Shown piece by piece: positions 9,781 to 20,628 of a stretch of 34,868 nt of DNA (position 1 is the first letter of the stretch; each line of letters opens with the position of its first letter). The notes under the pieces are model-generated. The model saw only the letters and a list, made by a program, of their open reading frames with translations, was not told the origin of the DNA and made no database searches. The stretch lies in contig BLSG01000213.1 of NCBI GenBank assembly GCA_012862495.1, forward strand, positions 133,859 to 168,726, read 5' to 3'. Made by a program: the position numbers and the translations under genes. Origin of the DNA: Thraustochytrium aureum (lineage: Eukaryota).

Positions 9781-12700
9781 ATGGATCGCGTTCCAGCGGA
9801 TAAAATCATTGATGGGTTCACAAAAGGGAGGAGCGAAAAAGACAGGCTCAAGCTCGAAACCCGCGCAACATCCCTTTTCCACATCACTGATTCGAGCTCT
9901 GTAAGTATTCCAAGTCGACCACGCCACGATTCTCAAGGCAAGAACGCCGGGTTGATGGTCACGGAAGATGAGATCGTCAGCGGGTTGGAAGAAGAAGCCC
10001 GAGAGAAAAAGGAAAAGCATGGCTTTTTTGCGGCGCTTGAAAGCGCTCGGTCCTCGTTCAAGGGGCGAAAAGGTGCCGCTCAGCCATATGTTGCAAATGC
10101 TCAACTCTCCTCGACCAGCCTCGAGACAACGTTTTTGGGCGAAGAAGAAAGCCGCTCGACGCAAAACTTGGGCACAAAGACCAGCCTTTATGGAACGCTG
10201 AGTCGAGAGGAAGCGTCGACGACAACCGACAGCCCGCTTTCTAGCAGTGACGCCGAAGAGGCAGAGTCCGGCTACATAGCTGAGCGGCTCAGCGCGATCG
10301 CTTCAAAGGTGGAGCTTCCGTGGTACATCATTCACCCGCAAGGGGCGCACAAGATCCGCTGGGACTTGTTCATCAGCTCGCTTATTCTGTACTCTGTAAT
10401 CGTCATTCCGTTCAAGATCGGGTTCGGCCAAGAGTCTGTGGGGGCGAGCTACTACTTGGACTGGGTTGTTGACGGCTTCTTCGCAGTTGACCTCATCCTC
10501 TCGTTTTTCACTACGTTTCTGAAAGACGACGAGCTGGAGATGTCGCTCGCGAAGATCGCACGGACGTACCTGCGCACGTGGTTCCTGATTGACTTTGTGT
10601 CAATCTTTCCAGTTGAGCTTGTTTTGTCGCCAAGCCTTGTTGGACAAGGGGAGGAGGACCAGGGCTCTTCAGACGAAATTATTGGCTCGCTCAAGCTGAT
10701 CAAGGTATTTCGGCTGATTCGGCTTGTCAAGCTCGGTAAGTATCCCGCTCGGCACGACTTGGCGTCGTGCATCTTGTTTGCTCAAGAGCCCTCCAGCGTG
10801 CATGCTCTGACGCATGCGTGATCCCTTTTGTGATGGCCCCCAACGCAGTTCGCTTGCTCAAGCTCAAAAAGTTCGGCTCGAGCCTCGATGGAGCGTTCAC
10901 CATCAACCCCGCACTGCAGCGCCTTCTGAAACTGCTCCTGAACATCATCTTTATCGCGCATTTGCTCAGCTGCATGTGGTTCTTCCTGAGTACACTCGTC
11001 GACGAAAGCGAGCGGAACTGGGTGAGCGTCCACACAGAGGGGGACGCGACCGTCACCACGCAGTACCTCAGCTCGCTCTATTGGACGGTCGCAACGATGA
11101 TGGCTGTCGGATATGGAGATGTCCATGCTGTCAACAACGCTGAAAGGCTTTATTCGTAAGTTCAAGTTGATTCACGGCTCGGGTCCGCCGCGCGGAGAAA
11201 GAAGTGCCCCACGAAAGCTTCCGTTGCGCCTTCCTTCCTTGCTCGGATGGAGCTGACAAGCCTTGTTGTGAACGCAGGATTCTCGTTCAAGTCATTGGTG
11301 CGACCTCGTTCGGTTTCATCATAGCAAACATCGCTGCGTTTCTTGAGACCTATGATCCGCGGGCATCTGCCTACAAAGCGCGAATCGACCGTCTCAAGCA
11401 GTACATGCGGGACCGCGGGCTGCCGCGCAAGCTGCAGAAGCGGGTCAAGCGGTACTACGACTATTTGCTTTCCAAGGAGAGCATCTTTGACGACAGCGAC
11501 ATCCTGGCACAGCTCCCAAGCCACCTGACAGAGACCATTATCTTGCACGTTCACGGCGAAAAGGCGCGGCAGATTGACTGGCTGCGCGTTGAGGACTCGT
11601 CTTTCGTGGCCTACATCATGTCGCGGTCGCGAGTCATGCTGGCGCTCTCAGGGGAAGTGATTTGCGAGCAGGACTCTGTAGGTGTGGACTTTTACATGAT
11701 CTTGAACGGCAAGGTAGAGGCGATCGTTCTCGAGTACGACGAGAGCGCGCAGCCCAACTCACCCGACACGGTTGCTTCCCCCGTTACTGCTTCTGCGTTG
11801 ACCGGCCCGCCAAAACCAGTCAAAGAGCAGACGCCAAGCGCTTCCGACATGCGCACCCTTCGGCGCAGAATGAGCAAGAGCAGCAACAAGCTCAGCACGC
11901 GGTCCATCGGGCGCGAAGTGAGCCATGCCGTTGTCTGCGGCTTGTACAACAAAGGTTCCAATTTCGGCGAAGTGGGCGTGATCCGGTCCCAGCCGCACGA
12001 CGTGACGTTCCGGGCGAATCGAACGTGCGATTTGATCTCGATCTCGAAAGATCATATGGACTATGCGATTTACATGTTTCCAGCAAGCGCGCTGCGCTTT
12101 CGGCGCCGCTGCGATGCGCACGCCGAGCTGATGAGCCAGAGCGTGGCCTCTCCAACAGAGTTCTTTCCGAGCACGGACCGCCGAATCAAGGCGCGAGTTA
12201 CGTTGGACGGTTCAAGTCACCAGAGTGCCAGGAAAATGGAGCCCAAAATTGGCCGCATGATCCTCAGCACGATGATCGCTCACGACGGACTCGGCCGCTT
12301 TAGGACCCACGCGCAGAGGGAAACAACGCGCAAGATGATTCTCTCGGCTCCGTCAGACGTAACGCTCATGAAGAGCTCGCTCAAGGTGCGCAGGGCGACA
12401 GTGATTGGAAATGAAACGACGGGGCCTTCGGCACCCCGCCGAACCTCCCTGACGCAGCGGCTTGGCATTCCTGCCTTTGCTCCGACCACCAGTGCGGGAA
12501 TCGGGGCGACACGGCTGGGAGCAAAGGTTAGCCCCCAATTTCCTGGGGAGGAGGTTGCGCCCGTGCACATGCTCAAGCAAACCCCAGTGCGTAGCGCCAC
12601 CCTCGTCAACGTCACGCGCAAGGACGGCGTGAACGTGGAAGAAGTCGAGATGGAGACAGACGATATCCTTCGTGAGCTTTGGGTGATCCCTCCTGGGCAC

Positions 12701-14572
12701 TCGGCCAAGATGAAGTGGGACCTTTTGGTAGCTCTTTTGGTCATATACAGCGTCGTCATCGTGCCGTTTCGCATTGGATTCTCACAACCTGCGCTTGGAG
12801 CCTGGTACGCGCTCGATGTTATGGTCGACGTCGCATTTGGGATTGACATTCTGCTGGCTTTTCGAACTGCATACGAGCTGCCCGACGAGGACATTGTGGT
12901 GGTCGCTCCGGTGTTGATTGCCAAGTCGTATCTACGGGGGTGGTTTACCGTGGATCTCGTCAGCACGTTTCCGATTGATACAGTGGTCGAGATGGCGATC
13001 GCTGGCGACGACTTTGAGGCTCTCCGTTCGTTCAAGCTGGTCAAGGTCCTTCGGATGGTGCGCCTGCTCAAGCTCTTTCGCGTCTTCAAGCTGAAGAAGA
13101 TCTTCACCTTGCTCGACACGGACATCCTCGAGTTTGCTGGCCTGTTCAAGCTGGGGACTCTGTTCCTGCAGATCAGTTTCGTGGCGCACTTGTTCGCGTG
13201 CCTTTTCTTCTTTGTCTCGGCCAACGCCGAGGACCAGCGCGAGGCGTGGTACATTAAGGCAGGCTTTTCCCCGGAGCCGGACGTCGACGTCGCCGGAAAG
13301 TACATTTCGAGCATCTACTGGAGCTTTACGACGATGACCACAGTCGGGTACGGCGACATCGCCCCAGGCACGGACGGCGAGCGCTTGTACGCGATTTTCA
13401 TCATGATCATGGGGGCCACCATTTTTGGCTATGTCGTTGGCTCGATTGCGTCGCTTATTCAGTCACTCGATCTCTCCGTGGCGCTCTACAAGGCCAAAAT
13501 GTCAGACCTGGCCTCGTTTTTGGGCGAGCATGGCGTGCCGCGCCAGCTGCGCAAGGAGTGCACTGCCTGCTACTCGTACGCTCTGTCTCTCAAGAGCGTG
13601 TTTGACGAGCAGTCGCTGCTCGCAGCGCTGTCGCCGAGCTTGCGGCACGAGACGCTCATCTTCATCCACCAGGCGGCTGTGGAAGCCATCCCGATTTTCA
13701 AGAACCAGACCGCGACGTTCATATCCGACTTGCTTGGCATCATGAACCCGCAGCTTGCGCTCCCGAACACGTTTATTGTACGCGAGGACGAGATCGGCAG
13801 TCTGATCTACTTTATCGTCAACGGGGACGTCACTGTGTATCAGGGGACTTGGCCAGAGCCCGATGCGTCTGGCAAGATCGTCTTCGAAGCGAGCAAGCTA
13901 ATGCGGATGCGCACTGGCCACTTCTTCGGCCACGAGTCCGTGCTCTCGGGCAACCGCTCGGACGTCACTGCCAAGTCGCTGCGCCTCACCCAGCTCTACA
14001 TCCTCTCCAAAGCCGCCATCGGCAGTTTGGTCGACTCGACGCCGCCGTTCGCGCTGCAACTGCAGTCCTGCCTGCGGCGAGCAATTCGCAAGCAAGACGC
14101 GCATTTCGGGAGGTTTGATGGAGCGCAGAAGAAGAAGCTGTGGTCGCTGGTCCAGGACCGCTTCGGCGACATTCTCAACCTCTCGCCGCAGCGCATGAAA
14201 CGCCTTTCAGGGGAGGCTATCAACTCTGTCAAGCTTGAGGAGCTCATCAACAAGTTGATGCGTCCGTCGCAGCGCCTCCCCGGTTCTGTAGGGCCAGGTT
14301 TCCTTGGCGTGATTGGGGCGGCGACGAAGACAGCGAGTGCGAACGCCAAGCCCGCGGCTGCACTCGCGAGCTCTCCCACCGGGTCGAACAAGCTGAAGCT
14401 GTCCGATGTAGATGAGCCCGCCCAAGCTGATGAGCCGGGCTCTCCCAGCCCCCAACTAATGCACAGCGCGCTGTCCTTTGTACAGCCGCGCATCAACAGG
14501 CGCTCGAGCGCTGGCGATGCGGGCGAGGGCTCGTTGGCTGCACTCAACATCGCTAGCCGATTCAACGCGTAG
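9781..14572 (+). CDS. Tandem two-repeat voltage-gated K+/cyclic-nucleotide-regulated channel (KCNH/HCN/CNG superfamily); exons 9781-10735, 10849-11155, 11278-14572
   Basis: Two copies of S1 (KIRWDLFI / KMKWDLLV), S4 (KLIKVFRLIRLVKLVRLLK / KLVKVLRMVRLLKLFRVFK), pore (TMMAVGYGD / TMTTVGYGD), C-linker and CNBD. Both GTAAG...CAG introns preserve frame. Confidence 0.93.
10736..10848 (+). other. Spliceosomal intron 1 of channel gene (113 nt, phase 1)
   Basis: GTAAGT donor, CTGAC branch-like motif, CGCAG acceptor; splicing restores S4 RLVKL-V-RLLKLK. Confidence 0.9.
11156..11277 (+). other. Spliceosomal intron 2 of channel gene (122 nt, phase 2)
   Basis: GTAAGT donor, GCTGAC branch-like motif, CGCAG acceptor; splicing gives ERLYS-ILVQVIGA (S6). 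Confidence 0.9.
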
Positions 14573-15306
14573 AACGAGGCCTGTGCCACGTCACAACAGA
14601 CAGAGCATGGGCGCGCTTCTCGAGTGACGCTGATTCACTGCTGCTCATTGGGCAGGCTCGCTCGCGCTCTTCCATGGAGGCCCGCACGCGCCGATCGTTT
14701 GGCTCACTCCTCGAATGATTTGGAATGAATGATTTGTGTGTATGCATGCAGCTCCGAGCCAGTCCAACGTGGATGGCGCTTGGAAGTCAGTTGAAGTCAG
14801 TTGAGCACTCTGCTGTTCTGCATACGGTGGTTTGTTGTACTCCAGCGACCTGGTTGCAGCACATACTCCCAGACTCGCCTGACCTCATCGATGAGCCAGG
14901 ACGTCCGAACAGGAGTACCTTCTTGCAACGCCTTCACTCGCGCAGAGCCAGGATGTGCACGAATACAGCACCAATGCCCGAGAAGTCGAGCGTCGCGGCA
15001 CATCAATCAACGCGCCAAGAGGCCCAACCCTGCCGGCCTCGGACCTTCGAGGCGCCCGCTGAGGCGTCGAGTTGAGGGTGTCCGACCCTACCATAGAATG
15101 CGCAATCTCGAGGAGCTGCTCGGGTTGGCTTTGACGCCCGTGGCAGAGCCCGATTGCGACCGCGCAACGAACGCCGCTTCGTCGATCTCGGCGTGCTGGA
15201 GGGTGGGGCTGCGCGACAGAACGAGCAGCAGAGCACGGCCGCAGAGCTCTGGAAACGGTTTCCAGCTTGTGTGAGCTGAGCGAAGGCGCGTCATCGTGCA
15301 GGCACG

Positions 15307-16319
15307 ATGACCGAGACTGTGCTGTGGGTGCTGGGCATCGTGTGGGTCGTGTCGTTCGCGTCGTACCTCGTGCCGCAGCTCCTGCTCAAGCTGCGCAGTG
15401 TGCAGAATCTGAAGGACAAGTATGGCGCAAAGTGGGCTCTGGTCACCGGCGGGTCTAGCGGGATTGGCCGTAAGTTTTGAGCGGGTGATTGGCGGCTCGG
15501 CGGGGCGCCTTGAACTCACCCGCCACGTGCGTTGCGACAGGTGCGATCGTTGAGACGCTCGCTGGCCAAGGCCTCAACATCGTCGTCGTTGCCATGCAGG
15601 ACAAGGTCCTCGACACTTCTGTGGAGGAGTACAAGAAGGCGTTCCCAAGTGTCGAATTTCGCAAGGTGGGGGTCGACCTGTCCTCCGCGGACCGAATGCA
15701 GCCCATGCGTGAGGCGACCAAAGATATCGATGTGCAGGTCATCGTGAACAACGCCGGCTATATCAAGACCGGTTTCTTTGCGGAGACCCCTTTCGGCGCG
15801 CAGCTGGCGAACCACAACGTGAACGCAACCGCCGCCATGGAGGTTGCCCACCACTACATCAGCGCGATGCGGGCTAAGGGTCTCAAAGGGTGCGTCACCT
15901 TCACCTCGTCCCCGGCTGGATTCATGCCGTGCCCTTTCAGCGTCATGTACGGCGCGACCAAGGCGTATTTGACTACTTTTGCGCAGAGCCTGGCGCCGGA
16001 GCTTCGGTGTGACGGGATCGACGTTTGCGTTGTGCACCCCTCGCCCGTCGCCTCGAGCTTTTACGACAATACCCACGCTCTTGACGCCCTGCTGTTCTTC
16101 AAAAGCACCGCGACGGGGCCGCAGACTATCGCCAACATCTTGCTCGCCAACGTCGGCCGAGCAGTCACCATCGACCAGGGCTACTACCCAATCTGCGTCA
16201 AGCTGCTTCTTAAAGTGCTCGACGTCAACTTTCTCGCCGAGACCATCGCCTCCGTAGCACACTTTATGCCCGACTTTAAGGCCATGAAGTCCACCTCGTC
16301 GCCGAAGAAGGTCGCTTGA
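15307..16319 (+). CDS. Short-chain dehydrogenase/reductase, 17beta-HSD12 / 3-ketoacyl-CoA reductase-like, N-terminal TM; exons 15307-15469, 15541-16319
   Basis: MTETVLWVLGIVWVVSFASYLVP anchor; KYGAKWALVTGGSSGIG|RAIV across a 71-nt GTAAG..CAG intron (15470-15540); NNAG, catalytic Ser (TSS) and YGATK. Confidence 0.92.
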
Positions 16320-16803
16320 GCGCCCGCACGGACAGAGGCGCCAGGATCAAGCAGTTTCCGACCCCCCTTTGCCTTTTCCTACACGCACCAGCGAGCCGTC
16401 CGTGCGTTTGGACGCGCAGAGTCTCGCAGGCAAGCGCTTCACGGTCCGGAACGATAAATAGCTTCATCACCTTCAACATGCGCTCAACAACGATTCGGCG
16501 CAAAGCAAAGCTAACCAGTAGGCCTACTGCTTGGTGGTCGCCTTGGTGGCCCATTCCGCGAGCTACGAAAGGGCCTCCAGAGGAAATGATACACACGACA
16601 CCGTCATGTGACACGACAGCACCGTGATGTGCTTGCGCGTTGATGAGCTTGCACGTTGTCGTGTCGTTGTGCTTGTTGCTAGAAGTGTGCGCGTGTTTCG
16701 CATTACATTTATCCGTTGCGTCGCGGTGTCCCACCATTATTTTGCCTTTGTATCTTCGAGGACTCCGCGCTGGCACATTCCAAGCCCCGAAAGCATCGTC
16801 CTT

Positions 16804-17000
16804 AGCAGCACCAGCACCAGCAGACGCAGCACCAGCAGACGCAGTACCAGCAGACGCAGTGCTTGCAGCTCCAGCACCAGCAGCACGAGCTCCGGCAGCG
16901 CGAGCAGCAGCACCGCCACCACCACCACCACCAAACAACAAGCACAAGCGCGTACAGCATCAGCGCCAGCACGAGCGCTTGCAGCAGCAACAGCAGCAGA
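16804..17000. repeat. Low-complexity CAG/CAC-rich tract with 15-bp units (gcagacgcagcacca)
   Basis: Trinucleotide-like runs visible directly; no credible protein motif. Confidence 0.7.
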
Positions 17001-17010
17001 CGTACTTTTC

Positions 17011-17145
17011 GCAAGCTGCGGCGGCCAGCGAGAGTTTGGCTCAAAGCAAGCGGGCAAGCTGCGGCGGCCAACGCGAGTTTGGCTCAAAGCAAGCGGGCAA
17101 GCTGCGGCGGCCAACGCGAGTTTGGCTCAAAGCAAGCGGGCAAGC
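17011..17145. repeat. 43-bp tandem repeat x3 immediately upstream of LRR gene
   Basis: gcaagctgcggcggcca(g/a)cg(a/c)gagtttggctcaaagcaagcgg at 17011, 17054 and 17097. Confidence 0.92.
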
Positions 17146-17195
17146 GCCCCACCGTCGAGCCGAAGTGCGCGGGGGGGTGGTTCGGCAGGTGCAAA

Positions 17196-18331
17196 ATGCG
17201 GGCCGTAGTTGAGCACGCACAGCGCGTGCTGTCTGACCCGGTCGCAGAGCTTGCGGTGAAAAATGCAAAGTACGTGAAAGAGTGCCAAGAGATGTACTTG
17301 GCTAACAAGGGCATCGAGGAGATTGCAGGGTTTGAGCGCTTCGTCAACCTCGAATCGCTGTGGATCAACAACAACTCGATCCGCAAACTCACAGGGCTGG
17401 ACAACAACTTTCGCATCAAGCACCTCTTCGCCCAAAACAACTGCATCACGTCGCTGGCAGGCTCGATACGCTGCTTTCGGTTTTTGGAATCCCTGCACAT
17501 CTCCAACAACAACTTGTCCAACCTCGACCGCTGCCTTGTGGTGCTCGCGCGGCTCTCGCACCTTCGCACATTGGACCTTTTCGACAACCCTGTCGCCCAA
17601 GAGGAAAACTACCGTCTGCGAGTCATTCATGCGATGCCTGCGACGCTTGAGGTGCGGACCGCCGTCGCGTCAAGCCGGACGAGCGACTTCGAGCAACACT
17701 CATGTTTGCTCGTCAGGGAGCGGCAGCAAAGGCAGAGCTTGCTCGACTCGTAGGCGCCGACGAGGCAAGACCTCGGCCCGCGTCAGAATTGGTCGGAGAC
17801 CTCAGCGGGGCGACTCTTCTGCTCCTCGAGGATGTCGACGACATATACGCCCGGCGCGAGGAGAAGGAAGCCAAGGAGGCCGCTCTCGCTGCAGAGGCTG
17901 CAGAGGCCGCGGCCAGCTGGGCGAGTCGGGCGATGGAGGGCGGAATACCAAGACCGTCGTTCTGGAAAAATCCCTCAGACGCTTCTAGATCTGCCAAGCA
18001 CGGCCAAATCGCACGAAGCAACCAAGACGACGCGGAGGCGAGCTCGCCATCGCCCGTGGCAAGAAACCTCGAGCTGCGGTGCGACCACTTTTCCTTGCTC
18101 TCTTTTTCAGAGGCTCCGGCGGCCGAGGTGGGATCACCGCACCCAGAAACTGCTGAAACCAAGTCGGCCGCAGGCACCCAGCAGCACGCGTCATCACTTG
18201 GTCTGGTCTCCCTCGAATCGCGCAAAAAGTACGGCCTTTCACAAAAGCGGCTTGCGCACTTCGAAGGCAGGCAAAACGGCAGAGTCGAGCTCCGCCGCGC
18301 TGTGGCCAAAACCTGGGAAACGAGCTTCTAA
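17196..18331 (+). CDS. SDS22-type leucine-rich repeat protein, LRRC72-like; probable exons 17196-17651, 17717-18331
   Basis: ECQEMYLANKGIEEIAGFERFVNLESLWINNNSIRKLTGLDNNFRIKHLFAQNNCI...LDLFDNPVAQEENYRLRVI (LRRcap). A putative 65-nt GT..CAG intron (17652-17716) joins in frame to ORF 17702..18331; the 3' exon is less certain. Confidence 0.75.
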
Positions 18332-18516
18332 GCGAGCGCCGAATTCGCTTTCTCCATTTGCGGTCAGACCGGCCCACGTGAGGTCCGCCAAACAAGAACG
18401 ACGGAGACGCGGCAAGCACGTCGTCGTTGCGAAAAAGGTTATCTTGAAGAAGGCCAATTTGATTTTCATGAGCAAACAGCGCCCAACGCGCTGAGTCCGA
18501 GCTTTTGCCTCGTTTT

Positions 18517-19881
18517 CTACGAGATCTTCGGGAGCGAGCCGGGCGCGCTTGCCTGAGCTCGCGAGCTCGACGGCGAAGCCGCCTTCCGTTCGTCGAGCCG
18601 GCCCGTAAAGTGCTTTGCACAAGGCGACAGTACTTGACGTCGTGGGGAACGCAACTTGGCCTCAACTCGTCCATCGCGAGGAGGTTCGTCTGCGGCGAGG
18701 TCCTCGTCGCAAGCCACCGGATTCTCCACATATCTAGAGCTTGGCTCGTTTGTCACAGTCCTGCTCGGCGCGGAAACGGGAGAGGAGGCCAAAACACGGC
18801 GATGCGAGTTCTGGAATCGGCGCTTTGTTGGAGACTCGGATGGAGGGCTTGCGAATTTCCCTGCGCCGGAGATTCCAGCCACTAGCGGAGTGGGTACGTG
18901 CGGGATCTGCACGCTCAAGCTGTGACGCAGAACCGACTCGTCCGTCTGCAAAGGGCCTTGGTCAGAAGCCGCGTCAGCGACGCACTGGCGAGGCCCAAGT
19001 TGTGGCACTTGGCGCGCTGCCTGTTCTGCCGAACTCGATGCGCGACCCGCGGAAGCCTCATTTTGGAGCCTGCCGAGCCCCGCATTCTCTAGAGCCTCGA
19101 GAAAGCCATCGTCAAGCTTGCACCTGTGCAGTTCAGCAATGTCGAGCGCTGGATGCGATGGGCATGCACCCGCTTCTACAAGTAAACGGGCGACGTGCGA
19201 CAAGGCATCAGTCTCTTCAGGCCCCGCTTGGTTCTGGATACCTGCCGCGAGGTCGTGTATCACGCTGTCAATAATAGAGTCGCCCCCAGGACAGGTCGAG
19301 AGACCCAACACCAATAGACCCTCAGACAGCAAGTACTCTACGGCCGAGGGGCGGCCCATCGCGCTAGCAATGTGCAATGCTGTTTCGTTCCGTTCGGTCT
19401 GGCATGCTAGGCAGCACCCGGCGCGCACCAGTAGACGCATCATCTCAACGTCGCCCAGCGCGGCGGCTGCAGCAAGCGGAAACTCGCACGCATTCGAGGC
19501 TCGACGAACGTTGGCGAGACTCATGCTTTTGCCTTGGTAGACGATGTTGCTTTCCTCCAGAACATGTGCAGCGTGCTCCAGGTCTCCCGATTCTACGGCC
19601 ATAAACAGGTCCGCGGCGGCTTCTTGCTCCGCATCACCGAGCACCGAAGGCCACCCATCAAAAAAGGCGCTGTCCGGTTCGCCGGCCTTGGCCTCAGTAA
19701 ACCCGCCACAATCTAGGTCACGGCTAGAGACCTCAAGGACCTTGTGCTCGCCGCGTGCGGCGGCCAAGCAGCGGCATCTTCCGTCCCTGTCTTGCGCGCA
19801 GCCTTCGTCTCGTATGACGAAGACCTCGTCCTGCATCGACAAATTCGGACTCTGGCGCCCTTGCAAGAGACCCTGGGCCAT
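18517..19881 (-). CDS. Ankyrin-repeat protein (start uncertain)
   Basis: DLFMAVESGDLEHAAHVL, FPLAAAAALGDVEMMRLLVRAG, NETALHIASAMGRPSAVEYLLSEG, VARLLVEAGA. First ATG is 19881 but the frame is open further upstream, and an assembly gap lies 5'. Confidence 0.8.
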   Translation of the reverse strand: MAQGLLQGRQSPNLSMQDEVFVIRDEGCAQDRDGRCRCLAAARGEHKVLEVSSRDLDCGGFTEAKAGEPDSAFFDGWPSVLGDAEQEAAADLFMAVESGDLEHAAHVLEESNIVYQGKSMSLANVRRASNACEFPLAAAAALGDVEMMRLLVRAGCCLACQTERNETALHIASAMGRPSAVEYLLSEGLLVLGLSTCPGGDSIIDSVIHDLAAGIQNQAGPEETDALSHVARLLVEAGACPSHPALDIAELHRCKLDDGFLEALENAGLGRLQNEASAGRASSSAEQAARQVPQLGPRQCVADAASDQGPLQTDESVLRHSLSVQIPHVPTPLVAGISGAGKFASPPSESPTKRRFQNSHRRVLASSPVSAPSRTVTNEPSSRYVENPVACDEDLAADEPPRDGRVEAKLRSPRRQVLSPCAKHFTGRLDERKAASPSSSRAQASAPGSLPKIS

Positions 19882-20628
19882 TGCCAGCTCCTTCCAAAGG
19901 CAGCCAGCCACCTCCCCCAGGTCTACCGTGCGGCGAGCTAGATGGGCTTGGCGGGGCGTTGTCGCCTCCGTAAGTGCCGCGGCCTCCTTCGTCCTGGCCT
20001 TGGGCAGCCCGCTCGCGCTCGCCGTAGCAGCAGCGCAACCACGGCGACAGTAGGCCTACTACTGATTGATCCCGGCCCTGCCCAGGCTCCTGGAGCCCGG
20101 CTTTGGCCGCGCCGCGAGGTCGGCCAGCTCAGCTCATGATGCCCGGTGTTACCGTTGGGCTCGTTGAAAATGTCTTGGGCTCGGCGTCCGTCCTGCCCTT
20201 GGCTCCTTCCTCTCCAGCTAGANNNNNNNNNNNNNNNNNNNNNNNNNNNNNNNNNNNNNNNNNNNNNNNNNNNNNNNNNNNNNNNNNNNNNNNNNNNNNN
20301 NNNNNNNNNNNNNNNNNNNNNNNNNNNNNNNNNNNNNNNNNNNNNNNNNNNNNNNNNNNNNNNNNNNNNNNNNNNNNNNNNNNNNNNNNNNNNNNNNNNN
20401 NNNNNNNNNNNNNNNNNNNNNNNNNNNNNNNNNNNNNNNNNNNNNNNNNNNNNNNNNNNNNNNNNNNNNNNNNNNNNNNNNNNNNNNNNNNNNNNNNNNN
20501 NNNNNNNNNNNNNGAGTGGGTGGCGGCAAGCTTGCGCCTCCCCCGCGCGAGCTCCGCCACGCGCGAGGAGGCTGTTGGGCTTTCCCGCGTCCGGTGCGCG
20601 CTGATGGAGAGGCCCCAGCACGCGTGCA

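Noticed and set aside
17011..17145. 43-bp repeats as a CRISPR array
   Set aside because: Head-to-tail with no unique spacers, no cas genes, eukaryotic context.
16624..17212. Ala/Pro/Gln-rich ORFs upstream of the LRR gene
   Set aside because: Produced by CAG/CAC microsatellite and a 43-bp repeat that is not a multiple of 3.
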